DNA of 32,000 nucleotides from Candidatus Iainarchaeum sp. GTDB lineage: Archaea > Iainarchaeota > Iainarchaeia > Iainarchaeales > JACQJH01. Positions 16,010 to 22,382 of this stretch are shown in pieces (within the stretch, counting starts at the first letter, position 1; each line of letters begins with the position of its first letter). The translations under genes were made by a program, and so were the position numbers. The DNA lies in contig JACQJH010000001.1 in NCBI GenBank assembly GCA_016205145.1, positions 210,001 to 242,000 on the forward strand, in the 5' to 3' direction. The notes beneath the pieces were generated by a model. It was not told the DNA's origin and searched no databases. It saw nothing but the letters and a program-made list of their open reading frames with translations.

Positions 16010-16630
16010 ATGCGCGCTTTCGGCTTTGACAAAAAAGAACTGGCGGTTTTCAGGCGCCTTGACTCCGCGCAAAAAATCCAGGACTTTCTGGACAAAAAAC
16101 TTTCGTACAACCTTGAGGAAAAAGGCGAAACCTGCTATTCGCCGAGGCTTGTCCTCCGGCACAGAAAGGCGCACTGTTTCGAAGGCGCTGCCTTCGCTGC
16201 CGCGGCCCTGGCCGTGCACGGCCACCCGCCCCTGCTAATGGACTTCCGGGCAGTGAGGGACGAGGACCATGTCGTTGCCGTCTACAAAATCAACGGCTTG
16301 TGGGGTGCGATCGGCCAGTCCAAGTTTTCCGGCCTCAAATACCGCGACCCCGTTTTTGCAAGCGTGCGCGAACTCGCAATGTCCTATTTCGACCATTACT
16401 TCAATTTGCGCGGCGAAAAGACCTTGCGCGAGTTCTCCGCGCCCGTCAACCTTTTCCGGTTCGGAAAGGCCTGGCTTGTTTCCGAACGGCCAATTGGCTT
16501 CCTTCCAGACGGAGTTGAAAAGGCAAGGCACTTCAAAATCCTGCCTTCCGCGGAACAGGAAAAGCTGCTGAAAAGCGCTTCAAGGCAGCGCATCAAGGCG
16601 GAACAGGCAGTGGTCAAACAAAAGAAATGA
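16010..16630 (+). CDS. Transglutaminase-like (papain-fold) putative cysteine peptidase/hydrolase.
   Basis: The track ORF starts at 15917 and overlaps the MsrQ-like gene; I prefer ATG 16010 (MRAFGFDKKE...). Candidate Cys-His-Asp arrangement: RKAHCFEGAAFAAAAL ... DEDHVVAVY. The family call is by eye. Confidence 0.55.
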   Translation: MRAFGFDKKELAVFRRLDSAQKIQDFLDKKLSYNLEEKGETCYSPRLVLRHRKAHCFEGAAFAAAALAVHGHPPLLMDFRAVRDEDHVVAVYKINGLWGAIGQSKFSGLKYRDPVFASVRELAMSYFDHYFNLRGEKTLREFSAPVNLFRFGKAWLVSERPIGFLPDGVEKARHFKILPSAEQEKLLKSASRQRIKAEQAVVKQKK

Positions 16631-16756
16631 CCAAACAGCTTTTTCTCCGGCCTTGCGGCTGGGATTTGAAAAATAAAACAAAAAATAGAACAAAAAAAAC
16701 TTTTTGGGAAAAAATGCTTTTCCCAAACTGAAACCTTTAAACAGCCAATTTTTCAA

Positions 16757-16915
16757 TCAGTTGTTGTCGGATTTTCTTTTCTGATAGCAGTCCCTGCAGT
16801 AAACGGGCCTTTTGCCATCAGGCTTGAATGGAACCTTTGTTTCAGCTCCGCAGTCAGCGCATACCGCATCGTATAGCTGCCTTGGGCCGCCAAAGTCCCT
16901 GTTGCCGTAAGCCAT
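16757..16915 (-). CDS. CxxC-x17-CxxC zinc-ribbon small protein (52 aa). It is not in the supplied ORF track because it is under 60 aa.
   Basis: Manual translation: MAYGNRDFGGPRQLYDAVCADCGAETKVPFKPDGKRPVYCRDCYQKRKSDNN. An AGGTGA Shine-Dalgarno-like motif lies about 9 nt upstream. The listed 72-aa ORF 16753-16971 is in another frame. Confidence 0.8.
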   Translation of the reverse strand: MAYGNRDFGGPRQLYDAVCADCGAETKVPFKPDGKRPVYCRDCYQKRKSDNN

Positions 16916-17051
16916 TTGTTTTTTTCACCTTTTTTTCTTTTAGTTTTGCGCGCAAACTCTCGCCTGCGCACACATTCTTTTTCACACGCTAAACCTTAAA
17001 AGCCCGCAGGTTTGCCTTTTTTTTGCCTTTTTTTCCCGGTTTTTTGCCCGC

Positions 17052-17069
17052 CTGAAACCTTTAAAAGCC
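17052..17069 (+). promoter_or_regulatory. BRE/TATA-like promoter (CTGAAACCTTTAAAAGCC) about 150 nt upstream of the DEAD-box helicase start.
   Basis: The same 14-mer CTGAAACCTTTAAA recurs at 16728-16741, and AAACCTTAAAAGCC occurs at 16991-17004. Confidence 0.45.
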
Positions 17070-17216
17070 TTTGTTGGCAGAACCTTCTACAGAGATTAAA
17101 GGAATAAGAACCCTATTTTTTTCTTAACTGAAAAACTTCGCTGCCCGGGCGGTTTCCGCTTTTGCAGGATAGTGTTTTTTTTGCCTTTTTCTTCTAAAAC
17201 CAAGGAGAGGTACACA

Positions 17217-18323
17217 TTGAAATTTGAAGAATTAAACATCAGCGACAGCCTGAAAAAGGCCATCAAAAGCAAGGGCTTTGAAAAGCCATCCGAAGTGCAG
17301 GAACAGGTAATTCCGGCAGCGCTTTCGGGAAAAGATTTGGTCGGAAAATCGAAAACCGGCACCGGCAAGACAGCCGCCTTCGCAATCCCATTGATTGAAA
17401 TGGTTCAGCAGGGCAAGCCGTTTTCCGCGCTCGTGGTTGTTCCGACAAGGGAGCTTTGCGTGCAGGTGAAAGACGAAATCGCTTCCATTGCCCAGGGCAG
17501 CCGCATCAACACTTTTGCGGTTTTCGGCGGGCAAAGCATTTCAGGCCAGGCAACTGGTTTGAGGAGAAAGCCGGAAATAATCGTCGGCACCCCCGGCAGA
17601 TTGCTTGACTTGCTGTCAAGGCGCATGCTCTCGTTTTCGCAGGCACAATTCCTGGTGCTGGACGAAGCCGACAAAATGTTCGACATGGGTTTCAGGTTCG
17701 ACATCGAGCGCATAGTCTCGTATTTCCCGAAATACAGGCAGACAATGCTGTTCTCGGCAACAATGCCGAAGGAAATCCTTGCGCTAGTGGAAAAGCACAT
17801 GAAGCATGACAAAATTGTTTTCGATTTGAGCGAGGACAACGCGCCCGTCGAATCGATTGAGCAGTTTTACGTCAAGGTCAGCCAGAAACAGAAGGTTGAC
17901 ACGCTGTGCAGCATTCTTGCAAAGGAAAAGGACTCGAAAAACCTTGTTTTCTGCAGGACAAAGCGCACGGTCGACTGGCTTGAAAAACTGCTTGCAAGGC
18001 ACGGAATCAGGGTTTTCGCGATTCACGGCGACAGGCAGCAGAATTCGAGAAAGCGCACGATCGACGAGTTCACGCGCTCCGAAAAAGGAATACTGCTTGC
18101 AACTGACATTGTCGCGCGCGGCATACACGTTGACGACATCGACAACGTCATAAACTTTGACTTGCCGACCGAAGCCGAAACCTACATCCACAGGATTGGC
18201 AGGACTGCAAGGCAGGGCAAGAAAGGCAGGGCAATAAGCTTTTGCACGAACCCGATGGACGTGCATGACCTGTCACAGGTTGCTGCTTACAACAACAGCC
18301 ACATCGCGGAATGGCGCTTCTGA
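17217..18323 (+). CDS. DEAD-box ATP-dependent RNA helicase.
   Basis: Q-motif region GFEKPSEVQ. Motif I SKTGTGKT, Ia PTRELCVQV, Ib TPGRLLD, II DEAD, III SAT, VI HRIGRTARQG. I prefer TTG 17217, preceded by GGAGAGG (17204-17210); the track start is 17172. Confidence 0.93.
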   Translation: MKFEELNISDSLKKAIKSKGFEKPSEVQEQVIPAALSGKDLVGKSKTGTGKTAAFAIPLIEMVQQGKPFSALVVVPTRELCVQVKDEIASIAQGSRINTFAVFGGQSISGQATGLRRKPEIIVGTPGRLLDLLSRRMLSFSQAQFLVLDEADKMFDMGFRFDIERIVSYFPKYRQTMLFSATMPKEILALVEKHMKHDKIVFDLSEDNAPVESIEQFYVKVSQKQKVDTLCSILAKEKDSKNLVFCRTKRTVDWLEKLLARHGIRVFAIHGDRQQNSRKRTIDEFTRSEKGILLATDIVARGIHVDDIDNVINFDLPTEAETYIHRIGRTARQGKKGRAISFCTNPMDVHDLSQVAAYNNSHIAEWRF

Positions 18324-18365
18324 AAAAAGCGCCTCATTTCCTTCTTTTCTTTTTCTTTGCTTTTT

Positions 18366-19295
18366 TTAATTTGCGCTTGGCTTAAGGCTTTTTTTTGCGG
18401 CTTTTTTGCCTGGAAGCAGGCATTCTTTGTACTGGTTTATGTATGCTTTGTAGAGGTATTTGACGAACGGGCTTTCCTTTTTTTTCGCGTCGACTTCCCT
18501 CAGCATCAGGTAATACAGCATTTTTTCGGAGTTGAAAATGTTCAGCAAAGGATAATTGTTTTTGAACAGCAGATGGTTCATCGCCAGCCTTGAAATCCTG
18601 CCGTTCCCGTCCATGAACGGGTGGATTCTCACGATTTTCAAATGGGCCAATGCAGCGGTTTCAAAGGGGTGCAGGGTTTGTCCGGCCTGCTTAATCCATG
18701 AGAAAAATTTGTCCAGTTCCGGCTGGACCTGTTCCGGTTTCGGCGGCAGATAGTTTCCGACAATGTTCTGCCTCGTCCTGATTCTGCCTGCTTCGGGATG
18801 GATGCCATTCATTTCGATTGCATGGAGTTTAAGCAACAGGCTTTGGTCGAATTTGCCGTTGTAACCAAACAGGAAATCAATGCATTCTTTCATGTTTTCG
18901 ACTTCCCGGACGTCGCGCTTCGCATGCCTTGCCACAGGCTTCCCTTCAAGGATATTTTTCGTTTCCTCATAGCTCAGGGAATTGCCCTCGATTGCGTTGG
19001 TGTTGTAAATGAAGCTTATTATCTGCTCTTTTTCGGTTTTCCACAGGCCTTTGCCTATTTTGCGGGTTTTCAGGTAATTTTCCCTGAGCAGGTCGATTAT
19101 TTTCATCTGCTTCAGCGTCAAAATCCTCCCGATCGGCTGGGCAAGTTCAAGCTCCTTTTCGGCCTGGGCAAGGTTCGACAGGTCGGTTCCGACATATTTG
19201 CTTATTTTTTTCCACTTGTTTTTGGAGACACGGATGTTTTTCATCAGGTAAAAATACCCGCGGCCGCCGATTTTCTTTTTCTCGATATATGGCAT
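18366..19295 (-). CDS. Fic family protein, class II, with an in-cis inhibitory helix.
   Basis: Fic motif HPFMDGNGRISR. An upstream T-N-A-I-E-G matches the (S/T)xxxE(G/N) inhibitory motif. I prefer ATG 19295; the track TTG 19316 lies inside a promoter repeat. Confidence 0.88.
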   Translation of the reverse strand: MPYIEKKKIGGRGYFYLMKNIRVSKNKWKKISKYVGTDLSNLAQAEKELELAQPIGRILTLKQMKIIDLLRENYLKTRKIGKGLWKTEKEQIISFIYNTNAIEGNSLSYEETKNILEGKPVARHAKRDVREVENMKECIDFLFGYNGKFDQSLLLKLHAIEMNGIHPEAGRIRTRQNIVGNYLPPKPEQVQPELDKFFSWIKQAGQTLHPFETAALAHLKIVRIHPFMDGNGRISRLAMNHLLFKNNYPLLNIFNSEKMLYYLMLREVDAKKKESPFVKYLYKAYINQYKECLLPGKKAAKKSLKPSAN

Positions 19296-19302
19296 GGTAA
19301 AA

Positions 19303-19355
19303 ATTAGGGGGCACAAAATTTAAAAGCATATATTAGGGGGCACAATTTAAAAATT
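19303..19355 (-). promoter_or_regulatory. Tandem duplicated promoter-like unit upstream of fic.
   Basis: ATTAGGGGGCACAA occurs exactly at 19303-19316 and 19332-19345, each followed by (AA)TTTAAAA. In minus sense this reads TTTAAA(TT)TTGTGCCCCCTAAT. The proximal TATA centre is about 27 nt from ATG 19295, implying a leaderless mRNA. Confidence 0.5.
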
Positions 19356-19365
19356 GTGTAATAAT

Positions 19366-19523
19366 TCCCTCCTCCCTGATTTGCACAGGGGATCTCACCG
19401 TTGCCGCTTTTTTCGCGGCGCAACAGCGTTCTTTCGAACCTGCTGCCCAGCCATTCAAGGCAGTGCACAAGAGCGTGCACGAAAATCTACAGCGGTGCGT
19501 GTTAGCTACTACACCAAGGAGGG
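19366..19523 (-). tRNA. tRNA-Tyr (GTA) with an approximately 85-nt intron.
   Basis: Hand fold:
- Acceptor: CCCTCCT/AGGAGGG (C1-G72), discriminator A.
- D arm: GTGT-AGTAGCTA-ACAC.
- Anticodon stem: CACCG/CGGTG; loop CTGTAGA.
- Variable region: AGATC.
- T arm: CCCTG-TGCAAAT-CAGGG.
- Intron: between loop and 3' stem, with a drawable BHB (CUGU/GCGG helix, AGA and CAA bulges). Confidence 0.85.
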
Positions 19524-19605
19524 CTCGGCATGCTGCCGAGCGTGCAGCCTTGTGGTATCGCTGACGCGATACCACGCGTGCCCGCCCAAAACAGTTCCTG
19601 CCGGC
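19524..19605 (-). other. Structured 5' leader of tRNA-Tyr (two hairpins). The TATA-like TTTAAAA is at 19629-19635.
   Basis: Minus sense: GTGGTATCGC-GTCA-GCGATACCAC, then GCTCGGCA-GCA-TGCCGAGC abutting tRNA nucleotide 1. The first hairpin is homologous to modules at 21349-21382 and 6902-6939. Confidence 0.55.
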
Positions 19606-19640
19606 TAATTATTTGTTTCACTCAATCGTTTTAAATGTTT

Positions 19641-20516
19641 TCAGGCGAGTTTTTCCGCCAAAACCGGCTGAATCAGGGAAATCCACAGGCCCGCAATGAA
19701 GAATGCTGCGGCTTTCAGGTAATAGTCTGTTATCACAAACTGGCCCGCGCCGAGCAGTGCGCCTAAAACAATGAGGCCAATAACGCTTTTGGGCACAAAA
19801 GCTTTGGCGGATTGCGTTTTTCCAAGCTCTTTCCATGCAAAGAAGCCCGCGTAAAAGCCGAGAAACGTTGTTCCCAAGGAAACGGTTTCCGAATCGCCGA
19901 GGACAATGATTGCTATTACCGCCAGAACGACCGCCGCAACAAGGCCCAATTCTTCTTCTGGCTTCGTCAGCCTGAAACCGTGTTTGAGCCACTGTTTCCT
20001 GCTCCAGGCATTGATTGTGCCAATGCAGAGGCCGAGGATAATGCCGCCCAGGACATCTGTCAGGAAATGCACGCCAAGATACATTCTTGAAACTGCCACG
20101 GCTATAACCGCGAATGCCAGGAGAAGTTTTTTCTGCCTGTCAAGGAAGCCGCGCGTGTAAGCGAAAACCGATGCAATGGTTGTGGCGTGCCCGCTTGGAA
20201 AAGACGCGGTATTGTAAGTGTCCTGCGCCACCACGCGGAAAACGCCCTGGTCCGGCCTCGGCCTTGCAACAAAAATTTTTATTATGCCTGCTGCAAGCGC
20301 GGCAAACATGACCGCATTCATCAGGAAGAACGCGTGGTTTTCCTTTCCCTTCCAGTAAACCAATGCGGCAACCATTATCCAGACAACCGGGTGGCCGAGA
20401 AGAGTGATGCCTTTCATTGCAATGTCAAGCAATCCCGAGGAAAAAGTTGCCTGCAGTGCGTGCAGGAACCACTCGTCAAAAGCCTGGATTGCAGCGGGAA
20501 AAAGCACGTTCATCAA
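19641..20516 (-). CDS. PAP2 superfamily phosphatase with an extra C-terminal TM domain.
   Basis: Motifs KIFVARPRP, SFPSGHA and SRMYLGVHFLTDVLGG match KxxxxxxRP / PSGH / SRxxxxxHxxxD. Confidence 0.88.
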   Translation of the reverse strand: MMNVLFPAAIQAFDEWFLHALQATFSSGLLDIAMKGITLLGHPVVWIMVAALVYWKGKENHAFFLMNAVMFAALAAGIIKIFVARPRPDQGVFRVVAQDTYNTASFPSGHATTIASVFAYTRGFLDRQKKLLLAFAVIAVAVSRMYLGVHFLTDVLGGIILGLCIGTINAWSRKQWLKHGFRLTKPEEELGLVAAVVLAVIAIIVLGDSETVSLGTTFLGFYAGFFAWKELGKTQSAKAFVPKSVIGLIVLGALLGAGQFVITDYYLKAAAFFIAGLWISLIQPVLAEKLA

Positions 20517-20542
20517 ACCAAAAACATTTCAGCTTTCCGCCT

Positions 20543-20983
20543 TTAAACCTTTGTTTTCATTACGCGTTTCATGCCGGGAATTTCCACGCTTGAATAGTCG
20601 ACGCTCAGTCCTGCTTTTCCAAGCGCTTTTTTGAGCGCGTAAACCTTGCAAAACCCCGCCAACTCTTTCTGCTCGTTTTTCTGCAGGCTTTCGACTGCGG
20701 TTATCTCGTTTATCACGCCGTTGACTTTTCCGGAGGACGCTGCCTTCAGGATTTCCGCGATTTCGGCTTCCGATTTTCCGGCCGGCAGTTCGGCCAGCAT
20801 TGCGTCAAGCTTTTTCAAATCCACAAGCTTTCCGAGGTTCTGCTCCACTTTCTTGTCCACGCTTATCGTCAGGCTTGCCAGGAATTCCATTACCGTGCGC
20901 GGGTCGGTTTTCTCCTCTATCTTGAGTTTCTTGATTGCGACCCAGTCATCGTAGTTTGCGATTAATTGAATGCTCTTGTCCAC
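20543..20983 (-). CDS. Hypothetical soluble protein.
   Basis: 146-aa ORF, probably in an operon with the PAP2 gene (26-nt gap). No motif recognised. Confidence 0.55.
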   Translation of the reverse strand: MDKSIQLIANYDDWVAIKKLKIEEKTDPRTVMEFLASLTISVDKKVEQNLGKLVDLKKLDAMLAELPAGKSEAEIAEILKAASSGKVNGVINEITAVESLQKNEQKELAGFCKVYALKKALGKAGLSVDYSSVEIPGMKRVMKTKV

Positions 20984-21030
20984 GCTCTCACCTTGTAAAA
21001 ATAAGTTTCTGGTGGTTAAAAATCCACATG

Positions 21031-21160
21031 CTTACTCGGCGTTTCACAACGCAGGGGCCTTTGCCCCTTGCAAACCCCCGAAATATTTGTTGTGTCCTAC
21101 TCGGCGTGTCGCATCAGCGGCACGCCTTGGTTTCGGACCCGGCGGACGAAACCGCCGAGA
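21031..21160 (-). repeat. Hairpin-module repeat, locus B, which forms the tRNA-Lys 3' trailer.
   Basis: Minus-sense order of modules:
- CGGCGG-TTTCGT-CCGCCG hairpin.
- GTCCGAAACCAAGGCG-[TGCCGC TGAT GCGACA]-CGCCGAGTA.
- AAATATTTCGGGGG.
- GCAAGGGGC-AAA-GGCCCCTGCG.
- A truncated GTTGTGAAACGCCGAGTAAG. Confidence 0.85.
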
Positions 21161-21234
21161 CGAGCCCGGAGGGATTTGAACCCTCGACACGCGGATTAAG
21201 AGTCCGCTGCTCTACCAGGCTGAGCTACGGGCCC
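21161..21234 (-). tRNA. tRNA-Lys (CTT).
   Basis: GGGCCCGTAGCTCAGCCTGGTAGAGCAGCGGACTCTTAATCCGCGTGTCGAGGGTTCAAATCCCTCCGGGCTCG. Canonical cloverleaf, loop CTCTTAA, no encoded CCA. Confidence 0.95.
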
Positions 21235-21284
21235 AATTAGGGCGGTTAAATTTCGCTGGTCATTAAACTTGTTATTAATTCACT

Positions 21285-21307
21285 TATGCCCACTGATTTT
21301 AAACTTT
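21285..21307. repeat. Exact 23-nt direct repeat, copy 1 (TATGCCCACTGATTTTAAACTTT).
   Basis: Identical to 21553-21575. The minus sense AAAGTTTAAAATCAGTGGGCATA contains a TATA-like TTTAAAA. Confidence 0.9.
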
Positions 21308-21339
21308 TGTCAATGGGCTATTGGTCTTTTGGGGTTCGT

Positions 21340-21552
21340 GTTGGGCATGTGCGGTATCGGCGGTAGCGAAGATACCACAAACAGCACTGGCTTTTGCGTG
21401 ATGGCTTGCCCGGCGTATTGCGATACGCAATACGCCTTGGTTCCGCACGCAGGGGGCTCTGCCCCCTCGCACGCCCCCGAAACATTTACTACGATCACTC
21501 GGCGTATTGCGATTAGCAATACGCCTTTGTTCGCACCAGCCGGGCGTTCGGC
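21340..21552 (-). repeat. Hairpin-module repeat, locus C, about 1.5 composite units bracketed by the 23-nt repeats.
   Basis: Minus-sense order of modules:
- AGCCG-AACGCC-CGGCTGGTGCG.
- AAAGGCG-[TATTGC TAATC GCAATA]-CGCCGAGTG.
- AAATGTTTCGGGGG.
- GCGAGGGGGC-AGA-GCCCCCTGCG.
- CCAAGGCG-[TATTGC GTATC GCAATA]-CGCC.
- GGTATC...GATACC hairpin. Confidence 0.85.
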
Positions 21553-21575
21553 TATGCCCACTGATTTTAAACTTT
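21553..21575. repeat. Exact 23-nt direct repeat, copy 2.
   Basis: Identical to 21285-21307. It lies 10 nt beyond the tRNA-Thr 3' end. Confidence 0.9.
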
Positions 21576-21584
21576 GCAGTGCCA

Positions 21585-21658
21585 AGCCTTGGGAGGGATT
21601 TGAACCCTCGACCAGCAGTTTACAAAACTGCGGCTCTACCAGGCTGAGCTACCAAGGC
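21585..21658 (-). tRNA. tRNA-Thr (TGT).
   Basis: GCCTTGGTAGCTCAGCCTGGTAGAGCCGCAGTTTTGTAAACTGCTGGTCGAGGGTTCAAATCCCTCCCAAGGCT. Anticodon stem GCAGT/ACTGC, loop TTTGTAA. Confidence 0.95.
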
Positions 21659-21741
21659 GGCTGTAGAATTGTTGTTTGGGCAATTTATTAAAAGATTGTC
21701 GGGGTTGCCCTAGCGCATTTTGTTTGCTTGTTTTGGCCGTT

Positions 21742-22290
21742 TCAGAATGACAGTTTTTCGCGCTTTCTTTTTTCGCCTATCAGGCCGAAAATGAGTTCCT
21801 GCGTTCCTTCCGGGTCGGGAACCGCAAGCAATGAGCCTTCGGCGCCGAACCTGTTGTTGTATGTTATCTGGCCGGCAAGGCTTTGGATGTGCACGCTTCC
21901 GAAGCCGAAAATGCTTTCTGCAAAGGAGCGCGAGATTATGGCGTCTGAAATCCTTTCAAGCGGAATGGAGTTTACCTTGTAGCCTATGAAGCCGCTTTTC
22001 TGGATTATTCTCTTATTGGTTATCCAATAGTGCTGCTTGTTGTAGCGCCAGAATGCTCCAAGCAACGGTATGAGGATAATGCCAACAAAGCCCAGGGAGA
22101 AAACCGTCCACAGCAGTCCGCCGGGCGAGCCCGAAAAAATGCCTCCGAATATAAGCGGAGTGAAGAAAATTCCTATTAAGAGGAACAGGATTATTCCTGG
22201 CACGAGCCAATACCAGAGCAGGCCGCCCACAGGCTTGATTTCCTTGATTATTTTTTCGCCTTCCTGCAAATTGAACGGCCGGTTTTCCAT
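21742..22290 (-). CDS. Membrane protein with a bacterial-type PH domain (YdbS/DUF304-like).
   Basis: 182-aa ORF with two TM helices, then ...HYWITNKRIIQKSGFIGYKVNSIPLERISDAIISRSFAESIFGFGSVHIQS... Confidence 0.7.
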   Translation of the reverse strand: MENRPFNLQEGEKIIKEIKPVGGLLWYWLVPGIILFLLIGIFFTPLIFGGIFSGSPGGLLWTVFSLGFVGIILIPLLGAFWRYNKQHYWITNKRIIQKSGFIGYKVNSIPLERISDAIISRSFAESIFGFGSVHIQSLAGQITYNNRFGAEGSLLAVPDPEGTQELIFGLIGEKRKREKLSF

Positions 22291-22382
22291 AATTTAATTT
22301 ACTGCTTGTTTTGGTTTAAAAGGTGTCGTTTTTCGGCTTTGGCGTTGTTTTTTCTTTTTTTCCACACACGTAAAATATCATT

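Noticed and set aside
16753-16971. Listed 72-aa minus-strand ORF (MRRREFARKTKRKKGEKNK...).
   Set aside because: A different frame on the same strand encodes a 52-aa CxxC-x17-CxxC zinc ribbon with a ribosome-binding site. The 72-aa frame is low-complexity and basic, with no start context.
19366-19620. GC-rich structured region first considered as an SRP RNA, RNase P RNA or another large ncRNA.
   Set aside because: It resolves cleanly into tRNA-Tyr(GTA) exons, an 85-nt intron and a hairpin leader. No SRP or RNase P conserved motifs (for example GGAAAGTCC) are present.
21308-21552. Possibility that the promoter-preceded block encodes a split-tRNA half or a permuted tRNA.
   Set aside because: No acceptor, T-arm or anticodon-arm pattern can be found in it on either strand, and all five tRNAs in the window are complete once introns are removed.
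21269-21691. Listed 140-aa plus-strand ORF and the 91-aa minus-strand ORF at 21310-21585.
   Set aside because: They span tRNA-Thr and the repeat block, so they are artefacts of GC-rich non-coding sequence.
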